NCBI GenBank assembly: GCA_965206645.1
Contig: CBDBKE010000004.1
Location: forward strand, 1,280,001-1,344,000
Direction: 5' to 3'
Length of the DNA stretch: 64,000 nt
Source: Terriglobia bacterium
GTDB lineage: Bacteria > Acidobacteriota > Terriglobia > JAJPHL01 > JAPKYU01
The position numbers and the translations under genes are program-made. The notes under the pieces were generated by a model. That model was not told the origin of the DNA. It searched no databases and saw only the letters and a list, made by a program, of their open reading frames with translations. Positions within the stretch are counted from its first letter, which is position 1. Each line of letters begins with the position of its first letter. Below are positions 56,351 through 64,000 of this stretch, piece after piece.

Positions 56351-57128
56351 ATGTTGAGAGGACTGTTGCTAACACTGCTTTTTATGACATTCGTAATGCT
56401 GCCGGCTTCGGCGGAGGCTCTGGAACCCGATCCGGCTGGGGCCCCATTCGAGGCGGAACCGGCGCCGCCACCCTCGCCCCCCGGCGACGTTCAAGGTCCC
56501 GGCTCAAGGCGGCGGGCAGGACCATGCCGGCACGGTCGAGGGTCCCGCCACCACTTCGGCCCACAGCGCCGGTTTGGAGGCGACTTTAGTTTCGGGCCTG
56601 GGGGACACGGCGGTCCATCCAACTATAGCCGCGGGTTTAGTCCCGGGCAAGGGAGCTTCGTGAGTGGGCGTGGTTCCCACCCGGCAAGGATGTTGCTCAG
56701 TGAGAGGGCGCGTCGCCAACTAGGCTTGAGCGAAGAGCAGTCCAGCCGCCTCCGGCAGCCTCCGGCAGCTGGGTCTGGAGGCACGCAAGAGCGCTATCCG
56801 CCGGCGGGCTGACCTGGAAACAAAACAGCTTGAACTGGAAGAGTTGCTGGGCGCTGCCGAGCCCGACCGTGCGGCAATTGACCGCACCGTCCAGGAGATC
56901 GGCGCCTTGCACGCGGCGCGGATGAAGGCGGGTATTGACCAGCGCCTGAACTTCCAGGACGTGCTCACGCCGGAACAGCGAGACAAGCTGCGCGAGTTTC
57001 GCGAACAAGGTTTCCGTGGCCGGAGATCCGGCCGGGAGGCCGGGAAGTGGAAGCATGGTGACCGCCCCGGGAGGCCTCCGTGGGCACCTTCGGAGCCAGA
57101 TCCTCCGCCTTCCCCACCGGAGGAGTAA
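56351..57128 (+). pseudogene. Spy/CpxP-like periplasmic protein, frameshifted by a 10-bp duplication
   Basis: Signal peptide, LGLSEEQ, EPD...ID, VLTPEQR; GCCTCCGGCA x2 at 56748-56767 exactly accounts for the +1 offset between the two ORFs. Confidence 0.85.
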
Positions 57129-57146
57129 CAGCGGCTGGCTTTAAGC

Positions 57147-57174
57147 GGGCAGGTCGCGCACTGGCGACCTGCCC
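57147..57174. terminator. Hairpin between convergent genes
   Basis: GGGCAGGTCGC-6 nt-GCGACCTGCCC, perfect 11-bp stem; no strong U tract. Confidence 0.6.
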
Positions 57175-57175
57175 A

Positions 57176-58357
57176 TTACTTTCCTCCGAGCAGGAGCTTG
57201 GCGATAGTCTGGAGCTGCATGTTGGAAGTGCCTTCGTAAATCTTGCCAATCTTGGAGTCCCGCCAGAGCTTTTCGACCGGGTAGTCCTTGGTAAAGCCGT
57301 AGCCCCCGAGAACTTCAATGGACAGCGAGCTGACCCGCTCGGCGACCTGCGAGGCAAAATACTTGGCCATCGCCGCCTCTTTCAGGAAGGGCTGGCCGGA
57401 GTCCTTCAAGCGTGCGGCGTTGTAAGTCATCACCCTCGCGGCCTCCACGTCCACGGCCATCTCGGCCAACTGGAATTGCACCGCCTGGAATTCGGCGATA
57501 GTGCGACCGAACTGCTTGCGTTCCTTCGCGTACTGCAGGGCATAGTCCAGCGCCCCCTGGGCCAACCCGGTCATCTGGGCGGCGATACCGATGCGGCCTT
57601 CGTTCAGGGTTTCGATGGCGATCTTGTACCCCCTGCCGACCTCGCCCAGCACGTTCTCTTTGGGCACGCGGCAATCCTCCAGCAGCAGCTCGCAGGTGGA
57701 GGAAGCGCGGATGCCGAGCTTGTCCTCCTTCTTGCCCACGCGGAAGCCGGGCGCGTCGTGCTCGATCAGGAAGGCGGTGACGCCGCGGTAGCCGGCCGAC
57801 GGATCGGCGTTAGCAAACAGCAAGAACAGGCCGGCTTCCTTGGCGTTGGTCGTCCACAGCTTCCGGCCGTTCAGCAGGAAGTGGTCGCCGCGGTCTTCAG
57901 CGCGGGTGGCCAGCGCAAAGGCATCGCTGCCGGAGCCAGCCTCCGACAGCGCGTAGGCGCCCACCGCTTCGGTCGCCAGCCGCGGCAAGAACCGCTGCTT
58001 CTGCTCCGGGCTTCCCCAGCGGAGCAAGGCGTTGTTCACCAGCGTGTTCTGCACGTCCACCACCACCGCCGCCGAAGGATCGGCTGCCGACAGCTCCTCG
58101 ATCGCCAAGATGCACTGGAAAAACGAGCCGCCGGCCCCGCCGTACTCTTCCGGCACCCCGATGCCCATCCAGCCGAGCTGGAAGAACTCCCGGATCAGAT
58201 CCATGCTGAACTGTCCCTGCTCATCCATCTCCTTGGCTAGCGGCCTTACCCGCTCCTGAGCAAACTGCCGCACGCTTGCCTGGAACATTTGCTCCTCCTC
58301 CGAGAGCGTGGTGAGCGCGGGAACCACCGACGGGAGATGAACTGTGGGTTCAGCCAT
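57176..58357 (-). CDS. Acyl-CoA dehydrogenase (short/branched-chain type)
   Basis: PEEYGG, ALSE..SGSD, LNG.K.W.TN, KLGIRASST, R.QFG, GGYGF....PVEK..RD.K...IYEGT. Confidence 0.95.
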   Translation of the reverse strand: MAEPTVHLPSVVPALTTLSEEEQMFQASVRQFAQERVRPLAKEMDEQGQFSMDLIREFFQLGWMGIGVPEEYGGAGGSFFQCILAIEELSAADPSAAVVVDVQNTLVNNALLRWGSPEQKQRFLPRLATEAVGAYALSEAGSGSDAFALATRAEDRGDHFLLNGRKLWTTNAKEAGLFLLFANADPSAGYRGVTAFLIEHDAPGFRVGKKEDKLGIRASSTCELLLEDCRVPKENVLGEVGRGYKIAIETLNEGRIGIAAQMTGLAQGALDYALQYAKERKQFGRTIAEFQAVQFQLAEMAVDVEAARVMTYNAARLKDSGQPFLKEAAMAKYFASQVAERVSSLSIEVLGGYGFTKDYPVEKLWRDSKIGKIYEGTSNMQLQTIAKLLLGGK

Positions 58358-58525
58358 GCGGGCCTCCAGCAACTGGCGCTAATTCTAGCATGCTCGCCTG
58401 ACGGCCATCCGCCGTCCACCGCCGGAGTGCAGCCTCCGAACCGCTTACCGCCAGTAGCGCCGGCTCCTTGCCGGCAAGTTCCCAAAATCCCGAAGACGGA
58501 AGGAAGCTTTGCCGTCGAGACGGCG

Positions 58526-58571
58526 GCATGACCGAGCGAAAAGCAGGTTCCTCGCTCCGCTCGGAATGACA
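58526..58571. repeat. REP-like palindromic intergenic element (AAGCAGGTTCCTCGCTCCGCTCGGAATGACA)
   Basis: CCGAGCG...CGCTCGG stem downstream of rplQ; resembles a recalled GTCATTCCGAGCG-type repeat; single copy in this window. Confidence 0.45.
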
Positions 58572-58589
58572 AACGCGTGGAGGCTGGGT

Positions 58590-59039
58590 TTACGACTGAG
58601 ACTTGGTGGGTTCGGGCTGGGGTTCGGCTTTCTTCTTCTTTTTCTTCTCGGGCTCGCGCTTTTTGACTTCGCTGCCGATCAGCTCCACCATGGCCAGCTC
58701 GGCCCCGTCGCCTTTGCGCCAGCCAAGGCGGGTCAAGCGGGTGTAGCCACCATTGCGGTCACCAAAGCGGGCCGCGATGGCGTCAAACAACTTCTTGACC
58801 GCTGCCGGGCCCTTCAGGAAGGCGGCCGCCTGGCGGCGCGCGTGAAGGATATCCTTAGGCTCGCCGCCTCGCTTCCCCAGCGTAATCATCCGCTCGGCGA
58901 ACGGCCTCAAGAACTTGGCCTTCTCTACCGTGGTGGTGATGCGCTCGTGAAGAATCAGCGAGGTCACCAGGTTGCGGAGGAGAGCGCGGCGATGCGCTGT
59001 ATGTCTCCCCAGTTTCCAACTGGCTCGGCGGTGTCTCAT
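58590..59039 (-). CDS. rplQ: 50S ribosomal protein L17
   Basis: MRHR...KLGR...HR.ALLRN, I.TT..KAK, R.GGYTR. Confidence 0.98.
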   Translation of the reverse strand: MRHRRASWKLGRHTAHRRALLRNLVTSLILHERITTTVEKAKFLRPFAERMITLGKRGGEPKDILHARRQAAAFLKGPAAVKKLFDAIAARFGDRNGGYTRLTRLGWRKGDGAELAMVELIGSEVKKREPEKKKKKKAEPQPEPTKSQS

Positions 59040-59078
59040 TGCTCGTAGACTCGCGCGCGGTTCTTGGACTCGCGACTT

Positions 59079-60077
59079 TTAGATTTCTTGCCCCGGGGGC
59101 GGAGGGACCAACTGCCCCCGCTCATTGATGCGCATGCCCAGGCTGAGACCCATGGTGTGCAAGATCGCCTTGATTTCGTTCAACGACTTGCGCCCGAAGT
59201 TCTTGGTCTTGAGCATCTCCTGCTCACTCTTGATCACCAGTTCGCCGAGGGTCTGGATCTGCGCATTCTTCAGGCAGTTATAGGAGCGGACCGAAAGCTC
59301 CAGTTCCTCGACCGAGCGGTTCAGGTGCTCGTTGAGGCGCTCCACGCTGGTGTCCACTTCCGTCTCCACCGCTTCCGGGATCTCCTCGAAATTGATGAAG
59401 ATGGACATGTGGTCCTTCAGCAGCTTGGCGGCCAAACCGATGGAATCCTGCGGCAAGATCGCGCCGTTGGTCCAGACTTCCAGGACCAACTTGTCGTAAT
59501 CGGTCATCTGGCCCAGCCGGGCCGCTTCGACGGTGTAACTGACCTTGCGCACCGGAGAGTGCACGGAGTCGACCGGGATGAAGCCGACACCGAGGTCGTC
59601 GTCAAAGTTCTTGTCGGCGCTGCGGTAGCCACGACCCTGCTTCAGGCGCAGCTCGATCGAGAGATCGCCGCCCTCGCCGACGGTGGCCACATACAGCTCC
59701 TTGTCCAGCACTTCACAATCCGAACTGGTCTGGATGCCGCCGGAGGTCACCACCCCGGGGCTGCTGACGCGCAAGTGGGCGGTCTTAGGCCCTTCGCCGG
59801 CCATCTTGAAGGGGATTTGCTTCAAGTTGAGGATGATGTCTGTGGCATCCTCAACCACCCCGGGGATGGAGCTGAACTCGTGCAGTACGCCCTCAATCTT
59901 GATGGCGGTCACCGCCGCCCCCTCAATCGAGCTGAGCAGGACACGACGCAGGGCATTGCCCACAGTAGTGCCGAAGCCGCGCTCGAACGGCTGGGCGGTG
60001 AACATGCCGTACTTGTCGCTCAGGGTTTCCAGGCTAGAAGCCAGCCGTTTGGGCTTTTGAAAACCTCTCCACAGCAT
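59079..60077 (-). CDS. rpoA: RNA polymerase alpha subunit
   Basis: [53 protein letters not shown]. Confidence 0.98.
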   Translation of the reverse strand: MLWRGFQKPKRLASSLETLSDKYGMFTAQPFERGFGTTVGNALRRVLLSSIEGAAVTAIKIEGVLHEFSSIPGVVEDATDIILNLKQIPFKMAGEGPKTAHLRVSSPGVVTSGGIQTSSDCEVLDKELYVATVGEGGDLSIELRLKQGRGYRSADKNFDDDLGVGFIPVDSVHSPVRKVSYTVEAARLGQMTDYDKLVLEVWTNGAILPQDSIGLAAKLLKDHMSIFINFEEIPEAVETEVDTSVERLNEHLNRSVEELELSVRSYNCLKNAQIQTLGELVIKSEQEMLKTKNFGRKSLNEIKAILHTMGLSLGMRINERGQLVPPPPGQEI

Positions 60078-60198
60078 TTGTTCTTTTTCCTTCCCTAAAG
60101 CCACGCAACGGCTTTAAGCGAATATGCAAGTCTGTTCCTTGCCAGGACGGCGATTGCTGCCCCCAATTCGCAGGCGAGCCTTCCCTGGCCTCAGCCAG

Positions 60199-60831
60199 CT
60201 ATTTGGAATACAGCTCTACGATTAACTGTTCCTGCAAGGGCAGGGCGATGTCCTCCCGGCGCGGCAGCGAAACCACCCGGGCGCGAAAGTTCTCACGGTC
60301 GACTTCCAGCCAAGGCGGCGCCAGCTGGTGGGCGGTGAGTTCACGAGCCTCCAAGAGGTTCTTCAATTCGCGGTGCCCTTCCCGAACCTCCACCACATCC
60401 CCTGCTTTCACCAAGTAAGAAGGGATGTTCACCTTGCGGCTATTGACCTGGATGTGGCCGTGGAGGACCACCTGGCGGGCTTGCGCCCGCGAGCTGCCTA
60501 ATCCTATCCGGTGCACGACGTTGTCCAGCCGTCGCTCCAGTAACTGGAGCAGATTCTCGCCGGTTACGCCCTTCATGTCGGCGGCCTTGTCAAAATAGTT
60601 GCGGAACTGCCGCTCCAGGATTCCGTACATGCGGCGGACCTTCTGCTTTTCCCGCAACTGCAGGCCGTAGCCGACAATCTTCTTTGGCCGGCGACTCTTG
60701 CCGTGCGCTCCGGGGACGAAGTTGCGCCGCTCAATCTCGCATTTGTCGGTGTAGCACTTGGTGCCTTTCAGGAAAAGCTTCATCCCTTCTCGACGGCACA
60801 GCCGGCACATCGGTCCTCGTTGTCTGGCCAA
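60199..60831 (-). CDS. rpsD: 30S ribosomal protein S4
   Basis: [39 protein letters not shown]; TTG start. Confidence 0.98.
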   Translation of the reverse strand: MARQRGPMCRLCRREGMKLFLKGTKCYTDKCEIERRNFVPGAHGKSRRPKKIVGYGLQLREKQKVRRMYGILERQFRNYFDKAADMKGVTGENLLQLLERRLDNVVHRIGLGSSRAQARQVVLHGHIQVNSRKVNIPSYLVKAGDVVEVREGHRELKNLLEARELTAHQLAPPWLEVDRENFRARVVSLPRREDIALPLQEQLIVELYSK

Positions 60832-60891
60832 CTTGCTTTACCTCCCTCCCTACACGGGCCCGTCTTCTCTCCCTGGCTTCCCCCGGCCCGC

Positions 60892-61299
60892 TCAGACGCG
60901 CCGACGCTTGGGCGGTCGGCAGCCGTTGTGCGGGATCGGGGTGACGTCCTTGATATGGTTCACATGCAACCCGGCGGTCGACAGGGCCCGGACGGCCGAC
61001 TCTCGCCCGGAGCCGGGTCCCTTGACGCGCACATCCACCGAGCGCATCCCCACGTCCTTGGCGCCAGAGGCCGCTCTGATTGCTGCCTGCTGCGCGGCAA
61101 ATGGCGTGCCCTTGCGCGACCCCCGGAAACCTAGCGCGCCGGCGCTGGACCAGGCCACTACGTTGCCGTCTTTGTCGGTGAAGGTGACCTTCGTGTTGTT
61201 GAAGGTGGCCTGGATGTGAACCACCCCCGTGGGAATCACCTTCTTCTCCCTCTTCTTGAACTGTTTCCTCTTGCGAGTCCCTGTTGGCGACTTTGCCAT
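60892..61299 (-). CDS. rpsK: 30S ribosomal protein S11
   Basis: [42 protein letters not shown]. Confidence 0.98.
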   Translation of the reverse strand: MAKSPTGTRKRKQFKKREKKVIPTGVVHIQATFNNTKVTFTDKDGNVVAWSSAGALGFRGSRKGTPFAAQQAAIRAASGAKDVGMRSVDVRVKGPGSGRESAVRALSTAGLHVNHIKDVTPIPHNGCRPPKRRRV

Positions 61300-61360
61300 G
61301 CTGATCGTGTCCTCTCACCGCACCGAGTGCGAATTGCACCGAGCGGATTTCCCTGCCCGC

Positions 61361-61747
61361 CTATGTCTTGGCCGTGGCCTTCTTCTTGGTGGCGATCGCG
61401 CCTCGGCGCGGCCCCTTCCGGGTCCGCGCGTTGGTATGGGTGCGCTGCCCGTGCACCGGAAGATTCCGACGGTGACGCTGCCCACGGTAAGCCCCGACCT
61501 CGATGAGGCGCCGGACGTTCATGGTGATTTCCTTGCGCAAATCGCCTTCCACCCCGCCTTCCTCCTCCAGGAGCTGGCGGATCCGGTTGATCTCTTCCTC
61601 ATTCAGATCGCCTACTTTCTTAGCCGGGTCCACTTCCGCGCGATGCACAACGGAAAGCGCCCTCGACAGGCCAATTCCGTAAATGTAGGTCAGCCCGTAC
61701 GGAACCCGCTTCCCTCGGGGCAGATCCACTCCCGCAATGCGCGCCAT
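61361..61747 (-). CDS. rpsM: 30S ribosomal protein S13
   Basis: [35 protein letters not shown]. Confidence 0.98.
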   Translation of the reverse strand: MARIAGVDLPRGKRVPYGLTYIYGIGLSRALSVVHRAEVDPAKKVGDLNEEEINRIRQLLEEEGGVEGDLRKEITMNVRRLIEVGAYRGQRHRRNLPVHGQRTHTNARTRKGPRRGAIATKKKATAKT

Positions 61748-61803
61748 ACCAACCTTCCTTCCTCGTGCAGCGCCTGGCTTGCCACAGCGCCTAGCGGCCA
61801 GCC

Positions 61804-61917
61804 TCAACCTTGCCGCTGCTTGTGTTTCGGATTCTCGCAGATCACCCGCACCACCCCATGGCGGCGAATAATCTTGCACTTGTCACACATCTTGCGTACC
61901 GAAGCGCGTACCTTCAT
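61804..61917 (-). CDS. rpmJ: 50S ribosomal protein L36 (not in the ORF track)
   Basis: Read manually: [37 protein letters not shown]. Confidence 0.97.
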   Translation of the reverse strand: MKVRASVRKMCDKCKIIRRHGVVRVICENPKHKQRQG

Positions 61918-62016
61918 GCTTCCTCACAAACGGAGATTTCATAGCGCCCTGAGGCGCGCGCGACGCTGTGGCTAGCTTTACTCAGCCCCCCGCGCCTCTA
62001 CATCTCCTTGCACCTT

Positions 62017-62238
62017 CTACATCCCTTTGCATACGATGCGCCCCCGGCCCGAATCCAGCGGCGACGGCTCCACCCGGACTCGGTCCCCCGGAAGCAGGCG
62101 AACAAAGTTTTTGCGCAACTTCCCGGCCACGTGACACAGCAGTTGTCTGTGGTCCTCAAGCGCGACGCGGAACAGCAGACGGGGCAGTTGCTCCACCACT
62201 GTGGCGGCCACCTCCTGCGCGAGTTTGGACCGACTCAT
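62017..62238 (-). CDS. infA: Translation initiation factor IF-1-like protein (divergent)
   Basis: V.E.LP...F.V.LE, H..GK.RKNF.R.LPGDRV.VE.SP.D..RGRI; map-infA-rpmJ position. Confidence 0.8.
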   Translation of the reverse strand: MSRSKLAQEVAATVVEQLPRLLFRVALEDHRQLLCHVAGKLRKNFVRLLPGDRVRVEPSPLDSGRGRIVCKGM

Positions 62239-62251
62239 GAAGCATTCCTCG

Positions 62252-63001
62252 CTAGGGGCGCGTCAGGACCCAAGGACCATTGCGGGTCACCGCCACGGTA
62301 TGCTCAAAATGGGCGGAATGGCCTCCGTCAGCGGTCACCGCCGTCCAACGGTCACTCAATACCCGCGCTTCGCCGGAGCCGGTATTGACCATCGGCTCGA
62401 TGGCCATCACCATTCCCTCGCGAAGGCGCGGCCCCTCGCCCGGGCTGCCGTAGTTGGGCACCTGAGGGTCTTCGTGCAACTTCCGACCGATGCCGTGGCC
62501 GACAAAGTCGCGCACGACCGAATACCCGTTCTCTTCCACGTGGCTCTGCACCGCCGAGCAAACGTCGCCCAGCCGGTTTCCCACACGGACCTGCTGAATC
62601 GCCAGATCCAAAGATTCCCGGGTGACCCTCAGCAACCGTTCCAGGTCGGGGGAAATCGGGCCCACCGGGATGGTCACCGCCGAATCCCCGTAATAGCCAT
62701 CCAACTCCACTCCGATATCCACCTTGAGAATATCGCCTTCGCGCAACGAGAGGTCGCGTGATGGGATTCCGTGCACGATCTCGTTGTTAATCGAGGTACA
62801 CAGCACACAAGGGTAGCCATAGTAGCCTTTGAATGCCGCCCGCGCGCCGGCCTCCTGGATCCTCCGTTCCGCCGTACGTTCCAGCTCCGCCGTCGAGACC
62901 CCCGGCTGAATCATCTCCCTCAGTTCCCCGAGAATCTGCCCGACTAACAAGCCGCTGCGGCGCATCATTTCCAGTTCCGCCGCTGACTTGCAAAGAATCA
63001 T
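62252..63001 (-). CDS. map: Methionine aminopeptidase type I
   Basis: CTSIN.EIVHGIP, GD..K.D, GDSA, GHGIG..LHEDP, AIEPM, SAHFEHT. Confidence 0.97.
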   Translation of the reverse strand: MILCKSAAELEMMRRSGLLVGQILGELREMIQPGVSTAELERTAERRIQEAGARAAFKGYYGYPCVLCTSINNEIVHGIPSRDLSLREGDILKVDIGVELDGYYGDSAVTIPVGPISPDLERLLRVTRESLDLAIQQVRVGNRLGDVCSAVQSHVEENGYSVVRDFVGHGIGRKLHEDPQVPNYGSPGEGPRLREGMVMAIEPMVNTGSGEARVLSDRWTAVTADGGHSAHFEHTVAVTRNGPWVLTRP

Positions 63002-63729
63002 CGCGCGCCGGTACAGCCTGCGCGTTCCAGGATTCGAAACAGCGCGTCGCTGATGGTCGCCGGGTCCGGATTGGCGTCTACTTCAAAGAAGTTGCTCCGC
63101 CCGCGATAAAAATCCACCAACGGCCGGGTCATTGCCTCGTAGGCCGCCAGGCGCTCACGCCTCACATGCTCCTGATCATCAGGCCGCTGGACCAGTGCGG
63201 TGCCGTCCCAGTCACAGAATCCTTCACGCGCCGGAGGTTGCAGAAACACGTTATAGGTTCTGCCGCATTGAGGGCAGGTACGGCGGCCCGTGAGTCGTTC
63301 AATCAATCTACTGTACTCCACCAGCATATGAATGACAATCGGTCCCTGGCGCGCCTCACCCAGCATCTGGTCCAAAGCCCGTGCCTGAGCCACTGTCCTG
63401 GGAAAGCCGTCCAGCACCCAGCCGGTTGCGCAATCCTTCTGGGCCAGACGCTCGGCGATCATCGCATTCACCAGTTCGTCGGACACCAGATCCCCGGCTG
63501 CCACAATGGGGCTGGCTTGCTGTCCCCTACTGGTGTTTCGCTCCAGTTCGTCGCGCAGCATGTCGCCGGTGGCGAGGTGCGGTACACCCATCCGCTGGGC
63601 CACGGCCACGGCCTGAGTTCCCTTGCCCGCCCCCGGCGGACCCAGGAAAACCACCGTCCGACGAGCCTTCGGTTGCGACCCGCTGCCGGTCCCCAAGCCT
63701 GGATCTGGAATCGCCATGGCTGAGCTCAC
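62998..63729 (-). CDS. adk: Adenylate kinase
   Basis: [28 protein letters not shown] lid, QR.DD. Confidence 0.96.
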   Translation of the reverse strand: MSSAMAIPDPGLGTGSGSQPKARRTVVFLGPPGAGKGTQAVAVAQRMGVPHLATGDMLRDELERNTSRGQQASPIVAAGDLVSDELVNAMIAERLAQKDCATGWVLDGFPRTVAQARALDQMLGEARQGPIVIHMLVEYSRLIERLTGRRTCPQCGRTYNVFLQPPAREGFCDWDGTALVQRPDDQEHVRRERLAAYEAMTRPLVDFYRGRSNFFEVDANPDPATISDALFRILERAGCTGAR

Positions 63730-64000
63730 CCTCGCCGCCCCCGGATCCGCCCGCTCCTGGGTGCAAACCCTTCGTAATGGCGCATGATCAACTGCGCCTC
63801 CACCTGATTGACCGTATCCATGGCCACCCCGACCACAATCAGCAGCGATGTTCCTCCAAAGTAAAACGTCACGCCCAGCCCTTGCAGAATTAACGTGTGG
63901 AAGTTCTCGTCAAACCACGAGCCGATCCAGGGCAGGTGGTGAAGTCGGATGCCGCCGATCATGAAATCCGGGATCAGCGAGATCAGCGCCAGATACAGAC
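63726..64000 (-). CDS. secY: Preprotein translocase SecY, 3' end (partial)
   Basis: [16 protein letters not shown]...RHYEGF; secY-adk-map synteny. Confidence 0.95.
   Translation of the reverse strand, partial: LYLALISLIPDFMIGGIRLHHLPWIGSWFDENFHTLILQGLGVTFYFGGTSLLIVVGVAMDTVNQVEAQLIMRHYEGFAPRSGRIRGRRG

Overview
GC-rich bacterial chromosomal segment, most likely Acidobacteriota (inferred from a TIGR03437-like C-terminal-domain protein, an acidobacterial-type VWA protein, a DUF5666 protein and a fused LptC/LptA protein). It is mostly housekeeping: rho, hldE-kinase, a fused E1 alpha/beta 2-oxoacid dehydrogenase, sppA, an MrfA/MrfB-like helicase-nuclease pair, purA, Moco genes, hup, priA-udg-coaBC-rpoZ-gmk-yicC-msbA, lptC/A-lptB-rpoN-hpf-rapZ, pdp-nupC-cdd, and the end of the spc/alpha ribosomal operon (secY-adk-map-infA-rpmJ-rpsM-rpsK-rpsD-rpoA-rplQ). 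One mobile-element scar (IS3 abutting an IS1380 remnant, between two truncated genes) lies at ~7.0-9.35 kb. The most notable observations are: (i) an ECF-sigma-like protein fused to a ZAS zinc finger and ending in a MinD-like amphipathic tail, divergent from a Spy/CpxP-like gene with an ECF-type promoter; (ii) a ~350-nt hairpin-rich leader in front of the pyrimidine-salvage operon; (iii) a LexA-box-like direct repeat over the predicted start of the mrfAB-like transcript; (iv) a 21-bp-period triple repeat directly before moeA; (v) gene erosion largely confined to accessory genes (nonsense transitions, deletions, 10-15 bp tandem duplications). No rRNA, tRNA or CRISPR array was recognised. All family assignments are from recalled motifs, not database searches.
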